Positions 1-13,127 of a stretch of DNA of 64,000 bases are shown one piece after another. The notes under the pieces were generated by a model. The model saw nothing but the letters and a program-made list of their open reading frames with translations. It was not told the origin of the DNA and searched no databases. The DNA is from Mobula hypostoma. Its lineage: Eukaryota. Within the stretch, counting starts at the first letter, position 1. The number at the start of each line of letters is the position of its first letter. The stretch lies in NCBI RefSeq assembly GCF_963921235.1, contig NC_086097.1, positions 160,954,001 through 161,018,000 of the forward strand, written 5' to 3'. The position numbers and the translations under genes are program-made.

Positions 1-111
1 TTTGGCCCATATCCTGCTAAGCCCCAGTCCTCCATACATCTATTCAAGTGCTTCTTAAACGATACTATTGCACCTGCCTCAACCACTTCTTCTGGCAGCT
101 CATTCCATATA

Positions 112-667
112 CACTCAGTGGCCATATTATTAAGTATCTCCTGTACCTAATAAAGTGGCTAATGAGTGTATGTTTGTGACCCCCTGCTGCTGTAACTTAT
201 TCACTTCAAGGTTCAATGTGATGTGCATTCAGATTTGCTCTTCTGCACATCACTGTTGTAACACACGGTTATTTGAGTTACTGTCACATTCTTGTCAGCT
301 TGAATCAGTCTGGCCACTCACCTCTGAACTCTCTCATTAACAATGCATTTTTGCCCATAGAACTGCTGCTCACGGGATTTTTCTTTTTGTTTTTCACAAA
401 ATTCTCTGTAAACTCTAGAGACTGTTGTACATGAAGATCCCAGGAGATTAGTGGTTTCTGGGATACTCAAACCACAACATTGGGCATCAACAATCATTCC
501 ATGGTCAAAGTCACTTTAATCACATTTCTTCCCCGTTCTGATGTTTTTTTTCTGAACAACAACCGAACCTCTTGACCACATTTGCATGCTTTTATGCATT
601 GAGTTGATCTGCTGATTAGATATTTGCATCAAAGAGTAGGTGTATCTAATAAAGTGGCCATTGAGTG
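112..667. mobile_element. Non-autonomous Tc1/mariner-like element
   Basis: TA flanks (110-111, 668-669); imperfect ~28-bp TIRs CACTCAGTGGCCA.../...TGGCCATTGAGTG; extra inverted TIR copy at ~143-170. Confidence 0.8.
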
Positions 668-724
668 TACATAACAATAGTCAAAACCAATTATCTATGA
701 TATAAATGATGAATAATAAGGGCC

Positions 725-1035
725 CAAACACTGATCCCTGTGGTATATCACCAGTCACCGGCCTCTATTCTGGGAAGTAACTTTCAACCACCACACTCTG
801 CTTCCTATCTATGAGTCAATTTTGAACCCACCTAACTAGTTCTCCCTAAATTCCATGGGGCCTAACATTCCAGATCAGTCTACCATGCAGGACTTGTCGA
901 AGGCCTTGCTAAAGTCCAAGTAAGCAACATCCACTGCCCTACCCTCATCCAATTTTTGGTTACTTCTCTGAAATACTCTAAAAGATCTATTAAGCACAAC
1001 TTCCCACGCAGAAAGCCAAATTGACTCTTCCTCAT
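725..1035 (-). mobile_element. CR1 LINE RT fragment
   Basis: SQFGFLRGKLCL..LLEYFREVT and frameshifted LDFSKAFDK-like motif. Confidence 0.8.
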
Positions 1036-1359
1036 GAAGAGCCAAGATTCAATTACAGTTATTATCAAACAATGTATAAATTATACAACCTTGAGACTTG
1101 CTTGCTCACAGATACAACAAAACAAGAAACCCCAAAGAACCGATTAAAGAAAAAAAGAATAATAATTAAATAATAAATAAATAATTAAAATTAAAAGATG
1201 CACAAGAGAAAGAAAAATATCATACAAACAACTGAAGCGAACATCAGCATTTTGAACCAAAATTGAGTCCTCAGATCCAAACCCCAGAGCAGCCCCCAGT
1301 AGGCTCAAAGCTTCGCTTATCAGTTCAACATCTTAGTGGCCATGGAGCCTGTACTCACT

Positions 1360-2098
1360 AATTTGGGCCGGTATCACTGGAATCTAGAAGAATGCAGTGT
1401 GATCTCATTGAAACCTACCGAGTGTTGAAAGGACTAGATACGGTGAGAAGAGAATGTTTCCTATGGTGGGGGTATCTAGAATTAGAGGACACAGCCTCAA
1501 AACTGAGGAGCGACCTTTTAGAACAGAGGTAAGGAGGAATTTTTTTATCCAGAGTTTAGTGAATCTGTGGAATGCTGGAAGAAGCCTGAAGGCACACACA
1601 CGCAGCAATTTAGGAACAGCTTCTTCCCCTCTGCTATCCAATTCCTAAGTGGACATTGAACCCTTGGACACTACCCCACTACTTTTTTTAATATAGAGTA
1701 TTTCTGTTTTTTGCACAATTTTTAATCTATTCAATATACGTATACTGTATAAAGATTTACTTATTTGTTTATTATTTTATTTCTTTTTTTCTTCTATATT
1801 ATGTATTTCATTGAACTGATGCTGCTAAGTTAACAAATTTCACATCACATGCCGGTGATAATAAACCTGATTCCCATTCTGATTCTGAATGCTCTGCCAC
1901 AGATTAGGGTGAAGGCCTAGTCCATGAGTATATTTCAGGCGGAAGTTGACGGTTTCCTGATCAGTCACAGCATCAAAAGATATGGCAAGAAGGCAGGTGT
2001 ATGGAGATGAGTGGGATCTGGGATCAGCCATGATGGAATGGCAGAGCAGATGATGGGCTGAATGGCCTTATTCTGCTCCTATGTCTGATGGTCTTATG
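1360..2098 (+). mobile_element. CR1 3' fragment interrupted by a Rex1/Babar-like 3' end (1577-1886)
   Basis: GHSLK..RPFRTEVRRNFF; insert ends in (GATTCT)n and is flanked by GAATGCT duplication (1570-1576/1887-1893). Confidence 0.85.
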
Positions 2099-2192
2099 AA
2101 GCACAGCAGCTGAGGCCAAGCCTCAGCGCCGTGGAGGGAAGAGTGCCATCATAGAGAACGAGTAAAATTTGCTCTCATCTCAACTGATACCC

Positions 2193-2421
2193 AGCCTGGT
2201 ATCAGTTTTGCCAATCAACTTTCCAGCTCTTGGCTCCATCCCTCCCCCTCCTGTCTTCTCCTATCATTACGGATCTCCCCCTCCCCCTCCCACTTTCAAA
2301 TCTCTTACTATCTCTTCTTTCAGTTAGTCCTGACGAAGGGTCTCGGCCTGAAACGTTGACTGTACCTCTTCCTATAGATGCTGCCTGGCCTGCTGCGTTC
2401 ACAAGCATATTTTGTGTGTGT
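2193..2421 (+). mobile_element. Penelope-like terminal (pseudo-LTR) insert
   Basis: Same terminus follows GIY-YIG coding remnants at ~23740 and ~55120; TGATACCC duplication 2185-2192/2422-2429. Confidence 0.8.
2326..2361 (+). ncRNA. Minimal type I hammerhead ribozyme motif, core intact
   Basis: AGUC-CUGACGA-AGG-gucucgg-CCU-GAAA-CG-UU-GACU: stem I AGUC/GACU, stem II AGG/CCU, palindromic ACGU in place of stem III, GUU triplet. Confidence 0.8.
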
Positions 2422-4339
2422 TGATACCCTGTCTTTTCAGTTTATCTGGCCCGGCATTTAAATTGACTCAACAGCAGAACAGTGAAAGGCTTCATGCCTG
2501 GAGATAGGAGTGAAGATTGCAGAGGGTGAAAGAAATCAGCTCTCACCTCCCGTCTGGGTCGATGTTTAAGTTGTCTAAACAGCGTTTCATACCTCACACT
2601 AGGACACAGGTACCACTGTTGCGAAAGGCTTCAGGCCTAGACCACGCTGCCTAGCAACTTGCTCCAGGCCCAGATTTTATCGCACAGCCAAAAGCCGCTC
2701 TCAAGCTCTTCAAATCAGCTGAGTGTCCAGAGCAATCCAACTTCGCAGCCGGGCCAGTTGTACAAGCGAAATCGAACTCCTTCTATCCAAATGCTATCCT
2801 TCAAAACTCCCTCTAGTTACTTTCCCACTATTGATGTCAAGCAGAGCGGTCTGTAGTTCCCTTGCTTGTCCTTGCTACCTTTTCTAAACAACAGGACAAC
2901 ATTAAACTAAACAACACCCTGAGCTGTAATTGCACACTTTGGTAGAGTATTGGAAACAGATTTATTTGGCTAAAGTATGAAAGGAGTTGTGTGGTGATTG
3001 CAGGCATAATTCTATATCATGTGCAGACTAGCTACAATTGACTAAGTCAATGTGATTTATTCTAAATACCTTCTCTCTATTTACATTTACGATAATCTGT
3101 GTGATGAATTTTCTCTTTAACCAATACCTTTGTGGGTAAAGGATCTGCTGTCATAAGTAAAATAGGACCTACCACAGAAGACATCTCTTCTGCATCAGCT
3201 AACACAAGACATTACCATCTTCTTATTTCTGGTAAGATAGCGGTGCACTTGGTCGCAATGACAAGACCCTGTTGAACATTGGTAGTACAAAATACTGCAA
3301 GTTCAATTCATTGGATCATTTAGCAAGACTGACGGCAGGGAAGCTGTGTGGCGTTTCCTGTGACAGCCACCCAGGGGAGGAGGCACCCCTGTGTGTGGGA
3401 GAGAACAGAGGTGTGGCGGACGTGCTGGCATCTTTGCTGGGTTGGCGTCACGCCAGCTCTCACATCGATGCTGCTCTCCAGTGTTCATTGCCTGGATTGC
3501 GAGATGAAAAACTGCTGTGTGCTTGTTTTTGCAGGAACGTGGCTCTAGGACAATATCCCATGCACCATTAATCTGTAGGCCATGTCACTCAGGGATTTGT
3601 GCTAATATTGTTTTATGACTGTATGTGCTGTGGGCTGTGTGTGACTACATGTACTGAGTTTTACGCCTTGCCCCTGGAGGAATGCTCTTTGTTTAGCTGT
3701 ATACATGTGTATGGTTGAATGACAATTAAACTTAAACCACTTTCCCTGTCTTGAGAACTACCCCCAGCACAATCAAACATTAATGATAAAATATTCTATT
3801 GCTCTTAATGGATTAGCTTAGTCTTTGGTTGTTTGAGGAAAAGGGTGTTTGAAATTCAAGACCTCAGTCCTAGCATAAAATTATGGTTGGCTGGGCAGCA
3901 TTGACCCCTAACTTCTTACATGCTTACATGCATTACATATAGCAGGGACTTGGAACACCAGAAAGATAACACTGCCTCTGCAAAACCCTCCAAATTCATT
4001 GGAAGAATATGAAAAAGACGACTGCATTTTGGTAGTGATGTCCATAGGGATCCTGAGCTTTGTGAAATAATCTTCATCCTTTAATTCCACTATTATGTTA
4101 AGTAAAGCCATTACTTTGTAAGTGGATTTCTGTTGGAAGTCCTGAACCATGCCCTTCTGGTCATGTACTGACAACTGCAAAGGCACCAGAATTCACACTG
4201 CTATCCAGTTGAGAAGTAAGCTTCAAAGTAAATTTATTATCAAAGTATTTATATGTTATCATATACTACCTTGAAATTCATTTTTACAGGTATTTACGGG
4301 AAAAGTGAAGAATAATAATAGATAATAATAATTATAATC

Positions 4340-5030
4340 ATTTATTTACAAACATATAAAACCCTTTTCATACAAACAATGTAGTCTAAAGTGGTTTACA
4401 ATGGGATAAAGTGTGAACATGAAAATAAAAGACAAAGTGATGTTAGTGAATCGTAAGGATATTAAATAGGTTTTGAGCCAGTGTTTAAAAGTGTCAACTG
4501 AGTCTGTATCCCTTATAGTTTTGGTATTGAGTTCAACAGTTTTGGAATGTAGTTCAAAAAAACTGACCTGCCAACTGTCTTTTGAGGGAGATTATTTAAA
4601 TTTAAGAGTTCAACAGAAAAAGATTCAAGAACTTGAGTGGGGTTATAAAACAAAAGCAATTCTGTGATGTACTCTGGTCCCAAACTATTGAGAGCTTTAA
4701 AACAAAGAAGAAAAATTTAAAATTAATTCTAAAAGATACAGGAAGCTAATGCAGAGGGGTTAGGACAGGAGTTGTATGCCCCCTCATCCTGGTTTTAGTT
4801 AAAATTCTTGCAGCAGCATTCTGAATGAGATGAAGTTTGTCAATTGATTACTTTGGAAGGCCAGTAAAAAGTGCATTGTAGTAATCTAGTCTATTCCATA
4901 TAAAGACATGAATTAGGTTTTCAGCATCATTATGTGACAGAAACGGACGTACCTTTTCAATATTTCTTAAGTGTACAAATGTTGCTCTGGCCACTTTCTT
5001 TATGTGGAATTTAAAATTCAAATAATACAT
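4340..5030 (-). mobile_element. L2 LINE 3' fragment
   Basis: HLRNI.KVRPFLS..DAE.LIHVFI..RLDYYNAL.TGLP; (TTA)n-like tail at the left end. Confidence 0.85.
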
Positions 5031-5429
5031 TAGTATTGATGAAGAACTACATATACATAAACAAAGACTGAATAATAACTAATGTGCAAAAGAGGACAAA
5101 TTATGCAAATAAAAATTAAATGATTCATGAAGATGATTCATCTCACTTGTTCCAGGCATGAGCTGGTTTAATAAACTTTGAACTCTGTAGTATGGTGCTA
5201 TATGGATGAAAGTGAATCAACAGTTCAGTTTGTAACTGTCTTGTTCCGTTTCCATTGAATACATTTAAAGAGTTGTGACTTTGTTGACACTCTGTGGTAT
5301 CGGATAATTCAAAGCCATCTGTTTTCTTTTCTGAAGCACTGGGTTGACATGGACTTTGGAAAATCATTTATGTGGAAGAGCTTTTTAAAAAGAAGAAATT
5401 TCCACCTAACCATCTGCCTTCCTTTCCAG

Positions 5430-5528
5430 GATGATGGGGATACAGTCTTACATGTTTGCTGCAGAAAGAAAGATCTAGAATTGGCTAAACTCATGGTAGA
5501 GCTTGGTGCTGGTGTGGACTTTCAGAAT
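5430..5528 (+). CDS. trpn1: TRPN1/NompC ankyrin exon 1 in window (DDGDTVLHVCCRKKDLELAKLMVELGAGVDFQN)
   Basis: Polypyrimidine tract + CAG acceptor, GTGAGT donor, 99 nt, phase 0/0; matches the NompC repeat recalled as NGDTALHLAARRRDVDMVRILVDYG. Confidence 0.93.
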
Positions 5529-5809
5529 GTGAGTAAGCACAAGTGTAGAACAACTATGAGAAATTACACCATTCCCTTATAATAATAAACACTTAAAACT
5601 AAATATGTGTGGGAGAAATTTTTTCAAATTCATTAGTGGAATGATCAAATTACTGCTACCACATACAAAGATACAAAGTAGTAAATCTATAAGTTATAAA
5701 ATGAAAAAGTTCTACCACATTACGATGCAAAAATTAACTTAAATAAACATTTAAGTACAGCCTAAATAAAGGCTGATTAGGTTAGTGGGCAGGGCATAAT
5801 GAGTGACAG

Positions 5810-6480
5810 GTCATGATTAACCCTGATTTAATTCTTCAAGGAAGTAACAAAACAGACTGATGAAGGCCGAACAGTGGGTGTAGTGTATCTGGATTTTAGT
5901 AAGTCGTTTGACAAGGTTCCCCCATGGAAGGCTCATACAGAAAGTCAGGAGACATGGGATCCAGAGAAATGTGGCTGTGTGGATTCAGAACTGGCTTGCC
6001 TGCAGAGGCAGAGCATGGTCATAGGTGGAATATATTCTGCCTGGAGATCGGTGACTGGTGGTGATCTGCAGGGATCTCTTCTAGGTCTCCTACTTTTTGT
6101 GATTTTTATAAATGACTTAGACAAGGAATTCGAATGGTGGGTAGATGACACGAAGGTTGGTGGTGTTGTGTAGAAGGTTGTCATGGGCTACAACAGGACA
6201 TTTGATAGGATGCAGAGCTGGTCTTAAAAGAGGCAGATGTTTTTCAATCCAGCAGGAAATAGCTAATACAAGAAGGCTTAATTTCAAGGTGATTGGAAGA
6301 AAGTATGGGGAGGATGTCAGAGATAGGTTTTCTCCACAGAGAATGATGGTGCGTGGAATGTGCTGCCAAGGTTGGTGGTAGAGGCACATTAAAGAAACTC
6401 TTGGATAGGCACATGGGTGAAAGAAAGCTGGAAGGCTGTGTGGGAGGGAAGCATTCAGTTGTTCTTGGAGTAGGTTAAAT
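5810..6480 (+). mobile_element. Degenerate CR1 RT/3' fragment
   Basis: VVYLDFSKSFDKVP, QGSLLG..LFVIFINDLD, VDDTKVGG. Confidence 0.85.
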
Positions 6481-6491
6481 TGTGTTCTACT

Positions 6492-7044
6492 TGTAAATCT
6501 CGCTTTGGCTAACAGCTTAATATAAGGGATGATAGCCCCTGGCCCAGCCAAACTTAAGAAATCTCATTTTGGTGGATGCTGTGCGATGTGTCCCCCGTTA
6601 CAAATCAGTACCATAACATAACAAACAGTACACAATATGTGATTAAATAATTGAGCTTTATAATTCTTAATTTGACGATATGGTTAGCAAAGAAAACAAA
6701 AAAAGGGCCGATTCTCATGAAACAGCCTATTGCGCAATGTTGGAACTCACTGATAAGCCGTTTGTCCACCATCGACCTCCTCCGATCGTTGCTGACCTGC
6801 GGACACTCGCTCCATGCCCACTCCGTCCGACGGTCCACCAACTCTTTCCACTCGCGTCTTCTCTCCTCATCTCTCCCCAACAAAAGACCGCGAAACTCTC
6901 TCTTCCAGAACCACAAGAAAGAACAATATTTCTCTCATTGGATAGTCCCCACATGCCAAAGCCCCGTTATCTCTAGTCATAACCCAAACATTGCTGCTAC
7001 AGAGTGTCCATTACATTCGCAGTGAAATCTTACAGCATGTTACA
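6492..7044 (-). repeat. Gypsy 3' LTR
   Basis: Direct repeat of 13128-13686; polypurine tract GGTGGGGGTAGAG (- strand, 7045-7057) abuts it. Confidence 0.95.
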
Positions 7045-8877
7045 CTCTACCCCCACCAAATTTAGTCATGTCCTCATGATGTTGAGATAATTCGCCAACC
7101 CTTCCTGCAAAACACAAAGCCCAATCCAGGTGTAAAAGGCAGTGACATGGCTCCTCAAAATGGTAGGGGTTACACTCTGTTCCCCTGTTGCTACATAGGC
7201 CAGCCTATCTGGTGGTCTCCTAATTCTCTGAGACCTCCGCACCCCTTCATCTATCTCTTCAGGTTCAGACACTACTGTGGATACTTCCGGTCTACCTGGC
7301 GGGGCCTCCCCTGATCTATCATTCGTGCCAACCTGCAACTCAAAGCCCTCTGTTCCGTGATCAAACCCTGCAGAGTCCCACTGTAACCCAGGCTGCCCAC
7401 AGATAGCCCCCACCCCCACTTCATCTGATTCAATGGGAGAAGGACCGGGAGTCTCTTCCCCAATCAATGGGGAGTTAGCAAAAGGCAGTATATACCACAC
7501 ATCCAGGTCCTCATCCTCCGAATCAGTATCCCTCTCAGGGGTTGGGGCCAGCCTAACCTCACCTGTTGGGGGCCCGGTAGTCACCCCCCATTTCTGCAGA
7601 GTCCTCTTACGAGGTGTGGGCTCCAGGTTGGGCTCTGGGTCTACTTGCGCCTCTTGACCCACAGCAACTGGTGGTTCCGATGGAGGATCTTGAGAAGCCC
7701 ATTCCCCTCCTTTGGTTTCACCCGGAAAACTGGTAGGTTTGGCATCTGACTCTCCACCACATAGGGCTTAGCTGCCCAGCAGTTGCCAGCTTATGAGGAC
7801 TCAGTCTCCCGGCAGGAGTTGGGAGGACCTCACCTTTTGATCATTCCTCCTCTTATTCCCTTGATTCTGCTTGGCAGCCGCGAACCCAGCTAATTCATAA
7901 GCCCTTTTCAGCTCTCTTCTCATGTCAGACACAAACTTCAGATAAGTTTTCAGGGTTAAGTCACCCTCGTCAGTCCCAAAACAAAGGCCAATAGGTAACC
8001 TCGCCTCGTGCCCAAACATCAGATAATATGGCGAGCACCCAATTGCTTCATTTTGTGTGCAGTTATAACTGTGAACCAGATGCCCAATATGTTGATTCCA
8101 CCTGGTCTTCTTGCTAATCTCCAGGGTCCCGAGCATGTCTGACAAGGTCCAATTAAACCTCTCTGGCGGGGAATCACCCTGCGGGTGATAGTGCGTGGTC
8201 CTCGACTTCTTGACTCCAAGCATGCCCAGTAACTCATGGATGAGTCTGCTCTCAAAATCCCATCCCTGATCGCTATGTATCTGTCTGGAGAGGCCATAAG
8301 AGATGAAATACTTCTCCCATAACACTTCGGCCACTGTAGACACCCTCTGGTCCTTGGTAGGAAAAGCCTGAGCATATCTGGTGTAGTGGTCTGTGATGAC
8401 TAAGACATTCGCCGTGTTGCTGGCATCAGGTTCTATTGACAGGAAATCCATACACACCAGGTCCAGAGGACCCACACTCTGCAGGTGGGACAAAGGAGCC
8501 GCCCGCGTCGGCAGTGCCTTCCGCCGTATGCATCGAATGCCTGACTTGCAGTATCCTTCGATCTCCAATTTCATTCAGGGCCAGTAAAAAAGGTCCCTGA
8601 ACAATCCATAGGTCTTTTCCACTCCCAAATGTCCAGAATCATCATGAAGTGACTTCAACGCAATCCTCCGATACTTCTCGGGCAAAACCAGCTAGCAACG
8701 CCAAGGTCAGTCCGGAGGTGATGTGACCCAGTATAAGATCTAGTTCTTCAACTCCAACCTAGGCCATTCCTGCAGTAATGGGGGGACCGACGCATGTTTC
8801 ACCTTCTCTGCCTGAGCCATGTCTCCCTTTTCAACTGCTGCCCAAGTGGTACCGATGCCCGGATCATCTCGGTGATG

Positions 8878-10079
8878 ATTTTTTTCCTGTGACAAAAGTA
8901 TGTGCGCACTGAATGCACACATGACACAGTTTATGTAGGTTTACAAAATATTTGACATAAAACTGCACAGAATAACAACAAAATAACATACATATTTAAG
9001 TCACTCAGTTATTTTTTCTCTCTCCTGTCTTTGGAATTTACTTATTCTTTGTAAACTCTATCTAGACTAACAGAACTTCCATTCAATTGATAGCTTTTGA
9101 TTCTCATTAACATATCCAAAGGACATTCACCTAAACAGTTTCTCAGCTTGTTTTTGAGTTGATTCATTAGGCTAAAACCTCACTCACAGTCAGCACTAGA
9201 CACAAGAAAGGTTCCCCCAATGTCCATCAACTGTGCAAGGTCGCAAAACTGTTCATTTTGAAGTACAAATGCCACCATTTGAGTAAAGTTTGAAATCAGT
9301 TTGGATTTAATTTTTTCTTGCAAGGGAAATTTGAAACCATTAAACTGTCTAATTATTACAGTATTTTCAGGTAGAAAATCATGATATTTTAGACATAAGG
9401 CATTAACTTGTTCATCGCCAAATGTGAAGTCACAATCTGCAATTGCGGAGAAATCAAAAGCTGACTATTCTTGTACCTCACCTTCAGGAAACTTTTCTTC
9501 TAAATGAACACAAAGCCTATTTATAAAAGTCAACAGCAAACTTGTAACTACTGTGACGTTTTCTTCACGTTGTTGGCCTAGCAAAACTTTAACTTTGTCA
9601 TTCCACAAAACATTGTCTCCCAGATACTGCTTTCTTATCTTGTTAATTTTGCCTCGCGCAAATCAAATTTGCAATTCTTTTGCGCTTCACGCCCTTCACT
9701 TCTTTTGAATTTGACATAGTGAATCAATATTTTTTCAATAAAAACTTAGTAAGCTATCTACAAGATTTGAAACAGATCTTTGTAAACTTTACGATATGAA
9801 CATTGTCCGCCAAACATGGCTGCCGCCGTGAGGCAGCTGTACAAACTGGAACAGGAATGGTGAGGTGACATAAATTAATGACGTGGATTGTGGTATTTGA
9901 AAAACTGACTAACTAGTTAACAGAAACAGGTAGCGAAAAGATTATTTTCAATAAGTATAATTATTAATTACTACATTATTTTAGGTAACTAACCTTTTAT
10001 AAGCACATTAATTTCCTTTGTGCACTGGTTGAAAAATGTGAGTGCACGCACACATGTGCACAGCTTGGAGGGATCAGTG
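8878..10079 (-). mobile_element. hAT DNA transposon remnant nested in Gypsy pol
   Basis: AT-rich insert; - strand ~9090-9240 reads GTFLVSSADCE*GFSLMNQLKNKLRNCL..LDMLMRI (hAT C-terminal dimerisation domain); TIR-like CAGCTTGGAGGGATCAGTG at the right end only. Confidence 0.8.
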
Positions 10080-13000
10080 TTCTCCACCCTCCTGTCCTTT
10101 TTCCCCCCTCCCTTTCTTCCCCAAGGGAGGGTAACCACACAGAAGCTGATTCAATGGGTGACTCACTTTCACGTAGCCTTTCACAAACCTCCGTAGTAAC
10201 CACAGAACCCGAGGAATGAGCTCAGAGCACTCACAGTCTGGAGTCTTGGCCATGTGGTTACCACCTCTATCTTAGCCGAAAATGTAGGTACTCCATCCCG
10301 TGAGACTATGTGCCCAACATAGCTAACAGACGTTTGACAGAACTGGCACTTGCCAAGGGAAAGTTTTAACCCTTCAGCTTTCAGGCAGCCCAGCACCTTC
10401 AGCAGCCTCACTTCATGTTCTTCCAAGGTGGATCCGAACACTATGAGGTCATCCAGATACACCAATACCTCAAGCATGTTCATATTCCCCACCGTCTTCT
10501 CCATGAACCGCTGGAAGTTTGCAGGAGCTCCTGAGATGCCCTAGGGCGTCCTTTCAAACTGGAAAAATCCCAGGGGACATATAAATACCATTTTCTCTTT
10601 GTTGGCCTCACTCATGGGGATCTGGTAATATCCACTCCTCAAGTCCAGCACACTGAACCACTTCGCACCACTCAGGCAGGCCAGTGCATCTTCAATCCTC
10701 GGGACAGTATACTGGTCAGGGACGGTGCGAACATGCATCCATACATTCCCATTCTTCTTTCTAGCCAGTACTACTGGGGATGCATAGGGGCTTCAGGACT
10801 CAGTGATGATCCCAGCTTCCTTCAACTTTCACAAGTGCTGCCGAACATCCTCCGCCTCTGCAGGAGCCAGTTGCCGAGACCTCTGTCCTCGGTCACCCAG
10901 ATAGAGTGACACATGCTCTTGGAACAACCAACATCAAACTCGTCAGTGGAAGAGACACCTTCCAGTTTCAAAATCTTCTCTACCAACCTCCTCTTCCAAC
11001 CCAGAGGAACCGGGGAGTCCCTGAAGTTGAATGACTCAGTCAACTTTCCCCCTTTTTCCAATAGTTTCTCCCCGGCGTGTCTCACAGGGACACTAGACAT
11101 TACCATTACTGGGAACAGAAGCACCAGGGGCATCCTCGGCTTGAAGGTGACCTCCCTCTTCATAGTATTCCTGACAATCACTGCCATCCTGCTTGCCTGT
11201 ACAATTGAAGGCTTCTGCAATTCAGGCCTCACCAGTACACCAGCAGGAAATCCTGACTCACCCTCATGGTCTTTCAGAGTATCCACTAAGAGGGCCTTGC
11301 TCTCAGGCTTGCAGGAAATTTGGGGGTCCCCATCAATCTCGCTACTTCCCCGGGCCGTACTACCATTGGCTTTGACTGGGTGAACCACACAAACCCTCGT
11401 CTAAATTCAGTATCTAGCCTAATGCAGCCACGCACTTCCTCAAAAGCAGCTCGAAACCCCAAGTGCGCAGACAATGTTCCCAGAAAGCTCTCTCCAGCTT
11501 CCTCCTTGCAGGCCCTTATGAGTCTCCTCACAAGAGGGGTGTTGGTCCCCACCAGAATTGAAACGCCACCCTTCTCAACAGGGTCCGGACAAACCAGCGC
11601 CAATGTATCAAGAATCTCAGACACTCCCACATCAGCCTCCAAGAATTCCAACTTCACTGACAAATAACTGTCGTATGGATAATCATTAGCACTAAGCCCC
11701 AAGATCTCCAGTGCCCTGAATGCGGTCAAGGGTAAATGCTTCAAATACCAGTTGTAAAACAAACAGTACAACAACGTGACCTGCGACCCAGTGTCGATTA
11801 TGGCTTTAGCATAAATACCCTCTATCTGTAGCGACACACTGGAGCATGGACCCACTAAGCCTTCAGGAATTGGGCCTTTTGCTTTCGGGGGTTCCTTAGT
11901 ACATTGTTCCACCAGACACACCAGGCTGTTCCCTCACTGGGTCTCCTCTGTTTTCCCAAGGACTTCCTCTGCTTAAGTACCCGGGGGCTCACTCTCCATC
12001 TGGCGTGACACCTGCTGCCAGCAGCTCTCCACGTTGTTTGTCCCCTTGGGGGATCCACCCCCCCCCATCAGCTCCATCATATGGGGGGGGGTCACACCCG
12101 CTGATAACAGCTGACATATCTCCGTTCTCAACTCTGCCACAGTCTCCTCTACCGCTCCATGGGGCAGGCTACCTGTGGTCACTTCACCGCAGGGAACTAC
12201 TACCAAGGACTGTACCCTGCTGACTGAGTCCTTCCACGCCGCCGCTGCGTTCTCCTCTTCCTGTACCTCTCTGATCAGCTCAACAAAAGAAAGAGGGGGG
12301 TGCATCTTATGAGATTGTCAGAGATCCCAAGCAATCAGGTCATGGGACTGGACACCCCTGGCTATCTGGTCCATTCTTAACTGATCCACCTCAGCCGCCT
12401 GAATGACCCCTCTGTGCTGCGAGCAATTTAGCTGCTTCTCTAGCCGAAAAATAAAAGCAGAAAGCTTCTCCCCCTTCTCCTGACGCATGTTCTGGAACCC
12501 CACCATGAGCTCCATTGGGCTTCCTGTTGGGCCAAAAGGTTGCTAGGGGATATTTTAACCTGAAGGCTGTCACAACGTCAGCAGCCCGCCCATTCAAACT
12601 CTCAACCAATATCTGTTGCTTTTCATCATCAGAGCACTGCCACTCATCTAACAACTGAGAGGTCCACTCCGCCCAAGTCTCATACTCCTCCTCCCCTTTA
12701 GGGGTGGGCGTTATTCCAGAGAATAGGCGGAGCCTACCATAGCTGGGACTTTGAATTTGAGTTTTCCATTTATTCGCCAGAGAGGTAAGGACGGATACTA
12801 CCCCAGAATTCTCACTCTTCACCGGGGGGGACATGGACTAATTAGACATCCCAAATCCAACGACTCTTTCCCCTCACTCCTCAGAAACGTTAGAGCCCTG
12901 TCTTTGAAATCTCCACCACCAGCTACCACTACCTCAGCGCTGGTCTGTGTTAAAACAAGAGCTGCGCCAACCATTTTATCAAACCTCCACCCACAATTGC

Positions 13001-13105
13001 AACTTTAACATTATTTAACAGGCGAATTAACAATTCATCTGGAGTACAGATATCTATCCCACAGGTTCGATGCGCCGGTTAATCATATAGCATCTACCAG
13101 AATCA

Positions 13106-13123
13106 ATCACGGACGAGCCCCCA
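13106..13123 (-). promoter_or_regulatory. Primer-binding site for tRNA-Pro
   Basis: - strand TGGGGGCTCGTCCGTGAT, 17/18 to the canonical tRNA-Pro PBS TGGGGGCTCGTCCGGGAT. Confidence 0.9.
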
Positions 13124-13127
13124 GAAT

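Noticed and set aside
3166..3231. 66-nt AG/GTAAG-bounded, phase-0 open segment (DLPQKTSLLHQLTQDITIFLFL) as an extra TRPN1 exon
   Set aside because: No polypyrimidine tract, no ankyrin or NompC similarity, and the donor overlaps the start of a repeat-like sequence
6605..7025. Similar ORFs at 6651-7025 and 13224-13661 suggesting a duplicated gene
   Set aside because: They are the two LTRs of the Gypsy element
7066..7662. 198-aa ORF after integrase as a possible env or extra gene
   Set aside because: Acidic/proline-rich segment with [13 protein letters not shown] is the usual low-complexity integrase C-terminal tail of such Gypsy elements; no signal peptide or fusion-protein features seen
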